A stretch of 64,000 nt of DNA, from the IMG/VR virus record IMGVR_UViG_3300044972_002389, positions 1-64,000 of that record. The stretch is one strand, 5' to 3'. The position numbers were made by a program, and so were the translations under genes. Of the stretch, positions 50,162 to 58,794 are shown in pieces. The first letter of the stretch is position 1, and the number at the start of each line of letters is the position of its first letter. A model generated the notes under the pieces. That model saw nothing but the letters and a program-made list of their open reading frames with translations, did no database searches and was not told the origin of the DNA.

Positions 50162-51083
50162 CACACCAATGGTGAGAGGCATGGTGAAATTGATCCATGC
50201 TGACAATTTTTTAAATCCACAGGATGCACAACGAGCCGCACAAGTGGTGCAGGGGCTGAGATTCACGCCCAACAGTTATGGAATGGAGTTGGAAAACTTC
50301 AACATGGTGCTGGATCGACTTGAGCCGGTAATGAGCAAGGTATTGGGCGAGCGTGTGGTTATTGATCACAAGCGCAGCGGAGTGTTTCGCCGTCCCTTGA
50401 ACAACGTGATTCATTTTGAAGAGTTTGACTCACCCAATGAGTGGGCCTTTGTCTGTGCACTGGAGAGAACAACTCTCAACCTCTATCATCATATTAACTC
50501 CTCTGGCGAAGTTGATGCAGAAACAGCACTTGACGGCTACAACTTCAACTACATGAATTTGTTTGAGTGGAATTTGCACACCAACATTTTGTTGGAACCC
50601 AGCCAAGGTGTGTTTTTCAGGCCGTGGGTATTTCACAGCCTTGATCAGGGTATGGTGCAGTATTATCGTCTGTGTACTGATCGCAAGTTTAGAGTGTTGG
50701 TGATGGGTGCACCTGGCAGCAATCGTGCAGAGATGTCTCGAAAGCTGCATGAGAAATTGCCAAGCAGTGCTTTGATGCGCAGTTGGGACGTGAGAGTGCG
50801 TGACAAAGACATTGATTTTAGCATTGATGGCAGAATGAGACAAAGCTATCGCATGCTAACTATGGCACGTAACGATCGAAGCAGTTGTGTGATTTTAGAT
50901 CATGCATGTCCTCTTGACGATCAACGGCAAGTCATCAATCCTGATGTGTTGGTGTGGATGCGCAGCGGTGATGAAGCTGAGCTTGAGCCACCACAATATT
51001 ATGATTTTGAGCTGCTCACAGCGGATGACGAGTCTGTGGACAAAATAATCAAAAAGATTGAAACCAAAAAAATCACACTCTAA
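50154..51083 (+). CDS. Fusion: 2OG-Fe(II) oxygenase-like N-domain plus adenylylsulfate-kinase-like C-domain
   Basis: IHFE..VFFRPWVFHS (DSBH-like); VLVMGAPGSNR (degenerate P-loop), DVR..DIDFSIDGRMRQ, CP..QR. Confidence 0.6.
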   Translation: MTSTPMVRGMVKLIHADNFLNPQDAQRAAQVVQGLRFTPNSYGMELENFNMVLDRLEPVMSKVLGERVVIDHKRSGVFRRPLNNVIHFEEFDSPNEWAFVCALERTTLNLYHHINSSGEVDAETALDGYNFNYMNLFEWNLHTNILLEPSQGVFFRPWVFHSLDQGMVQYYRLCTDRKFRVLVMGAPGSNRAEMSRKLHEKLPSSALMRSWDVRVRDKDIDFSIDGRMRQSYRMLTMARNDRSSCVILDHACPLDDQRQVINPDVLVWMRSGDEAELEPPQYYDFELLTADDESVDKIIKKIETKKITL

Positions 51084-51112
51084 ATAACCAAAAACCTCAA
51101 GGAGTAAATTAT

Positions 51113-51436
51113 ATGGATACAACCGTCGCTCTGGAAGAAGCTCTTGAAGAACCAGTAGTGGAGCCTGTTATTTGTTGGTGCCTGCATCTTATTGATGCCA
51201 CAGGTAGGCATTATGTGTTCAATATTGACCAGGAACCTATCACAATGTTGGTGAATCAAGACCAGTTTGTATGGAATGGGGGTGACAACAATTTGCACGG
51301 TAAATTTGTAGATCTCTATAACCGACTTATGGTTGAAAAACAAAGCATATGCGTGATGACTCTACGCAACAGTTTGATGTTGGGTAGTGACAAAATTGCA
51401 GGAGTTCAGTTGTGTATGGATGCATGCTATTTGTGA
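51113..51436 (+). CDS. Hypothetical protein
   Basis: CTAAATA at 51080-51086; AAGGAG RBS. Confidence 0.65.
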   Translation: MDTTVALEEALEEPVVEPVICWCLHLIDATGRHYVFNIDQEPITMLVNQDQFVWNGGDNNLHGKFVDLYNRLMVEKQSICVMTLRNSLMLGSDKIAGVQLCMDACYL

Positions 51437-51464
51437 CCTCAAACCAATTTGAATAAATAGCTGC

Positions 51465-52043
51465 ATGAGTAATTATATATCGTTGATTGTGCCACAAAAA
51501 CTGTCTAAATCTGTTGTATTGCAGTGGTTTACCTGTGTTGAAACACAACTACCTAGTGGTCTTATTGGAAAGACCACTTTATACAGTCACGATATCACAC
51601 GAGAAAGTAATTTTTATGCCAAAAAAACCCGTTCAGGCAAATTTTGTTATACAATTCCTTTGGTTCGCGACATAACTGATAGTGAATTGTACTTCCTGGT
51701 TCAAGAATGGAACAAAACTTTCCCCAAAGGCGACTTCCTCATTGACAGTAGCCAAAATACTGTTACAGCCTCTCCTGGAGCTACACGCATACAAGACACT
51801 GCTATTGACGAAATCTTAAATCTTTGGGCAAAACACCAGCACACTCGCTGGATGAAAGAAGCAGTTGACAAGGGATGGAAATTTGGTATCAAAATGAGCA
51901 CAGCCCAGAAAACACACCCACTTATACAACCTTGGGAACAATTGCCCTCTACAGCTAGAGAACAAAACATAGAGGCTGTAAAAGACTTATTGAGTATCCT
52001 AGACAATTTTGGTTACCAGATCAGTCAAAAAACTACCGCCTAA
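51465..52043 (+). CDS. RyR-domain protein
   Basis: AKHQHTRWMKEAVDKGWKFG..KTHPLIQPWEQLP..REQN. Confidence 0.8.
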   Translation: MSNYISLIVPQKLSKSVVLQWFTCVETQLPSGLIGKTTLYSHDITRESNFYAKKTRSGKFCYTIPLVRDITDSELYFLVQEWNKTFPKGDFLIDSSQNTVTASPGATRIQDTAIDEILNLWAKHQHTRWMKEAVDKGWKFGIKMSTAQKTHPLIQPWEQLPSTAREQNIEAVKDLLSILDNFGYQISQKTTA

Positions 52044-52151
52044 AAACTTGCACCCTTAAAATTATCACCGTTAAATAAACATGCTGGATACAGTGTTCAG
52101 CATGTTTGTATCTCCAGGCAGTTTAGACCTGGACGTGAAAGAAGGCAAGTA

Positions 52152-52904
52152 ATGCAACAAAATAATAACCCAGTCTGGGCAAATCCTTTTCCTGCACAAT
52201 CACTAGTGAATTGGACACCAGCCGCAGCTGGTCGCAATGGAACTCTTATTGCAGTGGTTCTTGATGAAAGTGGAAGCATGGGCCGTGTGCGCGATGCTAC
52301 AATTTCTGGATTGAATGAGTTTGTTGAAGGACAAAAGACTGCCGAAGGCGCTGGTGATGCCTATCTCACTATTGTTAAATTTGACGCCCCACAAATCACT
52401 ACATTGTTTGAAAATCAACATGTGAAGTCTGTTAAGGCACTTACATCAGCTGACTATCAGCCTGGTGGTGGCACCAACCTAATGGATGCTATTGGGCACA
52501 CTTTGGAAAAGATCAACAAGGTTCTTAACTCAGTGCCTCAGGCCGAACGGCCAGGTGTGCTGGTTGTGATTGTAACTGACGGCGAGGAAAACTCAAGCCG
52601 CAGCTACAACACAGCTCAAATCAAGGAAATGGTCAAGCTGAGTGAAGCCTCTGACTGGACTTTCACCTTCCTTGGTGCCAATGTAGATGCATTTGCAATG
52701 GGTCACACATTTGGTATGCAACAAAGTAACACAGTAACCTACTCAACCAACAGCATGGCAGACACCATGGATGTGCTAAGCAAGACCACTACTCGTGTTC
52801 GCATGGCCAAAAGTGCTGGAGTATCTACCGCTGATCTCTATGCAAGCGAGACTATGTATAGCGCAGTTGATCGCAACACGGTAATGGGCAACAAAAATGC
52901 GTAA
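52152..52904 (+). CDS. von Willebrand factor A domain protein
   Basis: LDESGSM MIDAS, GGTNLMDAIG, IVTDGEENSS, FLGAN. Confidence 0.9.
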   Translation: MQQNNNPVWANPFPAQSLVNWTPAAAGRNGTLIAVVLDESGSMGRVRDATISGLNEFVEGQKTAEGAGDAYLTIVKFDAPQITTLFENQHVKSVKALTSADYQPGGGTNLMDAIGHTLEKINKVLNSVPQAERPGVLVVIVTDGEENSSRSYNTAQIKEMVKLSEASDWTFTFLGANVDAFAMGHTFGMQQSNTVTYSTNSMADTMDVLSKTTTRVRMAKSAGVSTADLYASETMYSAVDRNTVMGNKNA

Positions 52905-53634
52905 CGGCTATGGGTTGGATTTTATTATTCGGCCCAAAGGTCGCTCTCCAGCTGATGAATACCCTCATCGTGGCCAAACCTGGATTGAGGGTCGAGCGGG
53001 CAGTAACTATGTTATTGAACTTCAAAACCACACCTTAAGCCCAGTGATGGCTGTAGTGTCTGTTGACGGCATCTGCGTAATTGATGGCAAGCCCGCCAGT
53101 TATGAAAGCAATGGGTTTTTGATTCCAGCACAGGGAACCACAAGCGTTCCTGGCTGGATGTTGAATAGGGAACAGGCAGCTGAGTTTGTATTTGGCAGCA
53201 AGAAGCATAGTTATGCAGCAGAATCTGGTTCAGACACCAGCAATGTTGGGGTGATTGGTGTAGCTTGGTTTCTCCAAAAAGAGCCCAGCTACACTGGGCA
53301 ACCCTTTCCATTTTATGGAGCCGTTGACATTCATCAACTTGGCAAGAGTGTGCTGCGAGCCTCTGGGTCAATAGCTGCTAGTTCAATGAGTATAGGCAGT
53401 GTTGGTACTGGATTTGGTCAAGAAACGTCCTTCAATACCACTCATGTGAGATTTGAACGAAACAGCAATCAACCGCAGGTTGTTCAAACCATCTTTTATG
53501 ACAGTGCTGACAACCTTCAAAAAATGGGTATCCGTCTCAAGGAAAGAAACAGTTATCAGACTCGAGTCGCCTTCCCAGGTAGCGAGCCTGGCTTCTGCAA
53601 GCCTCCACCCAGTTGGGTACGAAAAACTCAATGA
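52897..53634 (+). CDS. Hypothetical protein coupled to the vWA gene
   Basis: 245-aa ORF; VVSVDG..IDGK..VPGW..NVGVIGVA..GTGFG. Confidence 0.7.
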   Translation: MRNGYGLDFIIRPKGRSPADEYPHRGQTWIEGRAGSNYVIELQNHTLSPVMAVVSVDGICVIDGKPASYESNGFLIPAQGTTSVPGWMLNREQAAEFVFGSKKHSYAAESGSDTSNVGVIGVAWFLQKEPSYTGQPFPFYGAVDIHQLGKSVLRASGSIAASSMSIGSVGTGFGQETSFNTTHVRFERNSNQPQVVQTIFYDSADNLQKMGIRLKERNSYQTRVAFPGSEPGFCKPPPSWVRKTQ

Positions 53635-53672
53635 CAAATTGACATTGCTGTTTCTGTGCACAAATATAATGC

Positions 53673-54518
53673 ATGGAAACAGCAATTTCAGTTTTTGGGG
53701 CCACAGGATTTGTGGGCAGTGCATTTGTTCAAAAAACCCAACACAAATGCATAGGTGTTCCTCGAAATTCCCGAACTCCTCCCACAAACAACATACTGTA
53801 TCTCATCTCTACAACTGACAATTATAATGTATTCAGTGACCTGCACAAGGACATCAATACAAATTTAAATGTATTGATGGAGACCCTACAACACTGCAAT
53901 CAACCAGATGTTGTTTTCAATTTTGTGTCATCTTGGTTTGTGTATGGAAGTCATACACAATTACCTGTTCCTGAAACTGCGCATTGTGATCCTCGGGGAT
54001 TTTACAGCATTACCAAGAGAACAGCAGAGCAGCTCTTGATGAGCTGGTGCAACACCTTTGGCGTCAAGTATCGTATCCTGCGTTTGTCTAACATTTATGG
54101 GCCAGGAGACGCTGGAGCAAGCACAAAGAAAAACGCTATCCAACACATGGTCTCACAATTGTATCATAACAAACCCATTGACTTGTATGAGAATGGTATG
54201 GTTTACAGAGACTTACTCTATATTGACGACGCAGTAAGAGCCATCAGCTTGGTGCTTGAAAAAGGTGAGCTCAACACTATCTACAACATTGGCTCAGGGC
54301 ATGCCACGCTATTGCGTGATGTGATTGACATATCTGCCCATCTAACAAATAGTAGATCTCAGATCAATGGCATACCAACACCTGAATTTCATCAAAAAAT
54401 ACAAAGTCGAGATTTTTGGCTTGATACGACCCTGCTTCAAAGTTTGGGGTTTGCGCCTCAAGTGTGTTTGACACAAGGCTTAACTGATCTTATCCGCAGC
54501 ATTTCCACACACTCTTAA
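53673..54518 (+). CDS. NAD-dependent epimerase/dehydratase
   Basis: GATGFVG, SSWFVYG, YSITK (YxxxK), RLSNIYGPG. Confidence 0.9.
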   Translation: METAISVFGATGFVGSAFVQKTQHKCIGVPRNSRTPPTNNILYLISTTDNYNVFSDLHKDINTNLNVLMETLQHCNQPDVVFNFVSSWFVYGSHTQLPVPETAHCDPRGFYSITKRTAEQLLMSWCNTFGVKYRILRLSNIYGPGDAGASTKKNAIQHMVSQLYHNKPIDLYENGMVYRDLLYIDDAVRAISLVLEKGELNTIYNIGSGHATLLRDVIDISAHLTNSRSQINGIPTPEFHQKIQSRDFWLDTTLLQSLGFAPQVCLTQGLTDLIRSISTHS

Positions 54519-54539
54519 CAAAAAGGCCTTGAGTTTTTC

Positions 54540-55844
54540 ATGAGCATTCGCGCCCACATACAAGATTTTCTTAACCAAGTTGGTAATGAAGAACCCAATT
54601 TGTTTCCTTACATGGCCAACTCAGGTGATTTTGAACCTGGTAAATCCACTGTTTATTATTCTGGTCCCTACTGGGATCAAGATGAAATTGCCGAAATGAT
54701 GCACAGCATATTGAAGGGCAAATGGTTGAGCAGTGGTGAAAAGGTTGCTCGCTTTGAAAAGGGTTTTGGCGAAAAGTTCAATCTACCCCATAATGTGATG
54801 GTAAACAGCGGGAGCTCGGCCAATCTCGCAATGATTGCAGCACTGAAAAAGAGTTTTGGGTGGAGTGACGACAGCGAGATTTTGGTTTGTGTGTGTGGCT
54901 TCCCCACTACTATTGCTCCCATTGTACAAAACAATCTCAAGCCAGTTTTTGTGGACATTGACTTCTCTGATCTCAACTGGGATTTGACACAACTGGAGTC
55001 AAAAATCACATCAAAAACGGTTGCGGTGTTCAGCAGTCCCGTGTTGGGCAATCCCTATGACTTTGATAGGATTCAAGAGATTGCAGCCCGGCACAAGCTC
55101 CAGCTCATCTCAGACAACTGTGACAGCCTAGGCAGCAAGTGGCGAGGACAGTATCTCACCGACTTCAGTGTGGCAGCATCTTGTAGCTTTTATCCAGCAC
55201 ACCATCTCTGCACCATGGAAGGCGGTATGGTGAGCAGCAAGAGTAAAGAGATCGTCACCCTGGCACGGAGCATCAGCTGGTGGGGTCGCGACTGCCATTG
55301 TGTGGGGGCACAAAATCTCATTCAGTGTGGCATGTGTGGCGAGAGGTTCAAAAAGTGGATCCAAGAGTATGACACGGTCATGGACCACAAATATTTGTTC
55401 AGCAACATGGGCTATAATCTCAAGCCACTAGACATGCAAGGTGGAGTTGGCTTAGTTCAGCTGAAAAAATGGGAAAAGATACACGCTCTTCGCCGTATCA
55501 ACAAAACTCGCATCCAAGATATTTTAGAAACTGTGCCGGGGGTGCGTGTGGTGAATGAGCGAAGAGAAGCCGAGACCAGTTGGTTCGGTGTGCCTGTGAT
55601 TTGTGAAAGCAAAGAACAGAAAGAGCACCTTGTGAGCTTCCTAGAGGGAAATAGGATTCAAACCAGAAATTATTTTGCTGGCAATATCCTAGTGCATCCT
55701 GGGTATCGCCATCTCGGTGACTATCGAGATTATTCCAATGCCAACTTGGTGCTCGACCGCGTGTTTTTCCTGGGTTGCAGTCCCACAATCACAGAGGGTA
55801 TGTGCGACTACATCGCTTCAGTGGTGCAGCGAGCCACAAGCTAA
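54540..55844 (+). CDS. DegT/DnrJ-family enzyme, RfbH/DdhC-like NDP-4-keto-6-deoxyglucose 3-dehydratase
   Basis: VNSGSSANL, DNCDSLGS, SFYPAHHLCTMEGG (His at the Schiff-base position), WGRDCHC..C cluster, GYNLKPLD. Confidence 0.85.
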   Translation: MSIRAHIQDFLNQVGNEEPNLFPYMANSGDFEPGKSTVYYSGPYWDQDEIAEMMHSILKGKWLSSGEKVARFEKGFGEKFNLPHNVMVNSGSSANLAMIAALKKSFGWSDDSEILVCVCGFPTTIAPIVQNNLKPVFVDIDFSDLNWDLTQLESKITSKTVAVFSSPVLGNPYDFDRIQEIAARHKLQLISDNCDSLGSKWRGQYLTDFSVAASCSFYPAHHLCTMEGGMVSSKSKEIVTLARSISWWGRDCHCVGAQNLIQCGMCGERFKKWIQEYDTVMDHKYLFSNMGYNLKPLDMQGGVGLVQLKKWEKIHALRRINKTRIQDILETVPGVRVVNERREAETSWFGVPVICESKEQKEHLVSFLEGNRIQTRNYFAGNILVHPGYRHLGDYRDYSNANLVLDRVFFLGCSPTITEGMCDYIASVVQRATS

Positions 55845-55852
55845 ATCTCCTG

Positions 55853-55880
55853 TTGACATTTTTCCTGAGTCAGCTATTAT
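55853..55880 (+). promoter_or_regulatory. Sigma70-like promoter TTGACA-16-TATTAT
   Basis: Intergenic; followed by AGGAGG RBS. Confidence 0.65.
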
Positions 55881-55903
55881 GAGCTCCATAACAGGAGGCA
55901 CAT

Positions 55904-56263
55904 ATGCTGACTCAGGAAGCTTTGGTTGAGAGTGGCTACAAGAGGTTTCCTAATCCTCTTCCTTCCCGACTTGATCCAGAGTTCAACCAATACGGGTATC
56001 AAAAGCGTGTGTCAGATGAAAAGGGCATTCGTTATTTCATCGATGTGATCCAGTACAACTGGAAGAATGTGCCTGGCTATCCGGGTGCGCAACTCACTTA
56101 TGAGCCGGAAGTGCATCTATACACCAGCGATTGTGCAGCGTTGATTCGGGTCATTGTGCTCAATGACGCGCATTGCGCTAGTGTTGAAGCCCTTGAAGCA
56201 TATGTGGATCAACTTTGGCGTCAAACAGGCGCCGGATATTACGAAAGGTTTGGCTATGAGTGA
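55904..56263 (+). CDS. Hypothetical protein
   Basis: Strong RBS; 119 aa. Confidence 0.72.
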   Translation: MLTQEALVESGYKRFPNPLPSRLDPEFNQYGYQKRVSDEKGIRYFIDVIQYNWKNVPGYPGAQLTYEPEVHLYTSDCAALIRVIVLNDAHCASVEALEAYVDQLWRQTGAGYYERFGYE

Positions 56264-56795
56264 TCTAGTTCACAGTGCAAAGATCTTCTCAATTGCTGCT
56301 CACTCTGCTGTGGGACAGCGACGCAAGTATTCAGATGCACCTTACTGGACACACTGCGAGCGTGTGGTGGCTACCTTGGACAAGTTCAGCCAGGCCCCTG
56401 TCTCGGATGAGATGCGTGCTGCCGCCTGGCTTCACGACGCAGTTGAGGACACCAATGTGGACCTTGAACTGATTCGTGACCTGTTTGGTAACAATGTGTA
56501 TCACCTCGTGGAGATGCTAACTGATGTTAGTCGGCCTGAAGATGGGAACCGGCGAGCACGCAAAGCTCTAGACCTGGAGCACACCAAGCTAGCTAGCACA
56601 GAGGCTCGGAACATCAAGCTTGCAGATCTTATTGATAATGCTGAGAGTATTGTTGACAATGACCCAGGTTTCGCTGTAGTATGGCTTCGAGAGAAGCGTG
56701 CTCTCCTAGAGGTGCTGGCGGATGCTGATCCAGGTCTATATGCTGAGGCACTTCGTGTATATAAGGAGTGTGATCGGAAACTGAACAAAAATTGA
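56256..56795 (+). CDS. Stand-alone HD hydrolase of the RelA/SpoT hydrolase (Mesh1/SAH-like) type
   Basis: AHSAVGQRRKY..PYWTH..AAWLHDAVEDT..LTD..IKLADLIDN. Confidence 0.85.
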   Translation: MSDLVHSAKIFSIAAHSAVGQRRKYSDAPYWTHCERVVATLDKFSQAPVSDEMRAAAWLHDAVEDTNVDLELIRDLFGNNVYHLVEMLTDVSRPEDGNRRARKALDLEHTKLASTEARNIKLADLIDNAESIVDNDPGFAVVWLREKRALLEVLADADPGLYAEALRVYKECDRKLNKN

Positions 56796-56828
56796 TAACT
56801 CTTTGAAACGTTTTTGACTGGCAGGGTG

Positions 56829-56857
56829 TTGACAGCACAAAAACTACGCGCTATATA
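56829..56857 (+). promoter_or_regulatory. Sigma70-like promoter TTGACA-17-TATATA
   Basis: Intergenic, upstream of AAGGAG and ATG 56893. Confidence 0.65.
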
Positions 56858-56892
56858 CAGATACACTACAAACACACAAAGGAGAGACTCAA

Positions 56893-57087
56893 ATGGTAAT
56901 TTATTCTGCTGAACCTCGTCGGGGCTTTGTGGCCAACATTGGTGATCGAGTTGTGTATGGCGAAGATGAAAACAACCTCCGCGGTGTGGGCTCAGTGACA
57001 GTGAACGAAAAGGGTCGACTGGTGGTAAATGAGCAGCCGCTGGAAACACTGCTTCGCAAATATGGCTACCTGCGCCTAGCAGCCTAA
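56893..57087 (+). CDS. Hypothetical protein
   Basis: 64 aa with its own promoter and RBS. Confidence 0.68.
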   Translation: MVIYSAEPRRGFVANIGDRVVYGEDENNLRGVGSVTVNEKGRLVVNEQPLETLLRKYGYLRLAA

Positions 57088-57114
57088 ATTTTGTGCGGGA
57101 GTCACAATTTGGTG

Positions 57115-57142
57115 TTGACTCCCGCACACACTGCTGTATAGT
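57115..57142 (+). promoter_or_regulatory. Sigma70-like promoter TTGACT-16-TATAGT overlapped by a 13-bp inverted repeat
   Basis: Upstream of the ligase gene. Confidence 0.6.
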
Positions 57143-57168
57143 GTGCTGACAAAGAGGGAAGAGAGCGT

Positions 57169-58518
57169 ATGCAAACCGCAGCTGACGTAATTGTTGCACT
57201 AGAAGCCACCAACAGTCGGCTGGACAAGGAAGCGATTGTTGAGCAGGCTTGGAAGCTGGGCATCACAGACTTTTTTAAAGGTGCAATGCTGGCGTTTGAT
57301 GCGCTCGTGACCTTTGGCATCAAGAAGGTTCCGCTTATTGATGATACTGAGCAGGGACCAGCTGCGGGCAGCTACACGTTTGCACACTTCAAAACTCTCG
57401 CAGATGCACTGAAGAATCGCAAGCTTACCGGGCATGATGCTCGTGACGCTGTGTTGGAAGCTGCTGAAAGCTGCAACACGCACGAGTGGAACAATTGGTA
57501 TAGGCGCGTGCTACTCAAGGACTTCAAGTGCGGCCTGAGTGAGACCACCATCAACAAGGTGCTAGGCAAGCTCGGCAAAGACGCCAAAGCTTACACTGTG
57601 CCAGTGTTCACTTGCCAGCTGGCCAAGGACAGTGACGATCACCCCAATGACATGCGGGGCAAGAAGCTGTGCGACTTCAAGCTGGATGGAGCAAGGTTGC
57701 TCACTGTGTTGAACAAGGCTACTGGCGAAGTAATCCAATACAGCCGGAATGGCCACATCAACAATAACTTCCCTCAACTAACTGAGGCGCTGGCTACACT
57801 CTTGCCCCAACTAACTGAAAGCGTTGTGCTGGATGGGGAGGTTGTGTCTGCCAGCTTTCAGGCTATGATGAAGCAGTTCAAGCGCAAGAAGAACGTTGAC
57901 ACTTCTGATGCACATCTTGCACTGTTTGACATTGTGCCCTTGAGTGCATTTCTCAAGGGCGAATACAAGGTCTCGCAGCGTGATCGTCACCTCGCACTGT
58001 GTGAGCTGGAACCGCTCCTGAAGTCTGCTACCAAGGACCAGGTCAGTGTTGTGCCCAAGGTGGAAATTGACCTAGACACAGAGGAGGGGCAGGCTCGCCT
58101 CAGCGAGTTCAACCGCGAGGCACTTGACAGTGGCGTAGAAGGAATCATGGTGAAGGATCCCGGGGCTCCTTACAAGTGCAAGCGAAGCTCAAATTGGTTG
58201 AAGACAAAACCATTTATTTTTGTAGACCTTGAGGTAACTGCTGTTGTTCCAGGTAAACCTGGCACCAAGTATGAACACACCATGGGTGCTGTGGAGTTTG
58301 GTGGCGAGGATCAAGGACGAGTGATCTCGGTTAGTGTAGGCAGCGGCTGGAGCGACGAGGATCGTGATGTGATCTGGAAGCACCGGAAAAAGGCAGTTGG
58401 GCGTATTGGTGAGATACGAGCAGATCTCATCTCCAAGAGTGAGAACGGTGACACGTATAGCCTGCGCTTTCCTCGCTTTGAGCGTTGGCGTGGCTGGGCC
58501 CCAGGCGAGAAGATCTAA
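57169..58518 (+). CDS. lig: ATP-dependent DNA ligase
   Basis: KLDGAR (motif I), VLDGEV, LFDIV, EGIMVK, WLKTK, SLRFPRF. Confidence 0.95.
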   Translation: MQTAADVIVALEATNSRLDKEAIVEQAWKLGITDFFKGAMLAFDALVTFGIKKVPLIDDTEQGPAAGSYTFAHFKTLADALKNRKLTGHDARDAVLEAAESCNTHEWNNWYRRVLLKDFKCGLSETTINKVLGKLGKDAKAYTVPVFTCQLAKDSDDHPNDMRGKKLCDFKLDGARLLTVLNKATGEVIQYSRNGHINNNFPQLTEALATLLPQLTESVVLDGEVVSASFQAMMKQFKRKKNVDTSDAHLALFDIVPLSAFLKGEYKVSQRDRHLALCELEPLLKSATKDQVSVVPKVEIDLDTEEGQARLSEFNREALDSGVEGIMVKDPGAPYKCKRSSNWLKTKPFIFVDLEVTAVVPGKPGTKYEHTMGAVEFGGEDQGRVISVSVGSGWSDEDRDVIWKHRKKAVGRIGEIRADLISKSENGDTYSLRFPRFERWRGWAPGEKI

Positions 58519-58778
58519 TGAAGTATGAGAAACTGCCCAAGAGCCCAGGCTGGATATTTTTCAGCACTGCAACAAATGCCAAGGAAAGGCGTGCTGAGCT
58601 CAAGCCCATTATGGTGCTATGCAAGAGTACCCTGGGACGCAGCCATGGACCCCACAATCAAGGCAGTCGGTGGTATTACTGCCATGCTCGCAGTCCCAAC
58701 GGCTGGCTCAACAATAGAGACAGTGTGGTGATCGTGGACCCTGGCGTGGCTGCCCAGGTTATTTTGACATTTTTCTGA
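58518..58778 (+). CDS. Small hypothetical protein (divergent member of the Trp-rich family?)
   Basis: TAATG coupling; LCKSTLG..RWYY..AAQVILTFF. Confidence 0.55.
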   Translation: MKYEKLPKSPGWIFFSTATNAKERRAELKPIMVLCKSTLGRSHGPHNQGSRWYYCHARSPNGWLNNRDSVVIVDPGVAAQVILTFF

Positions 58779-58794
58779 AAAAGGAAACCCAGAG

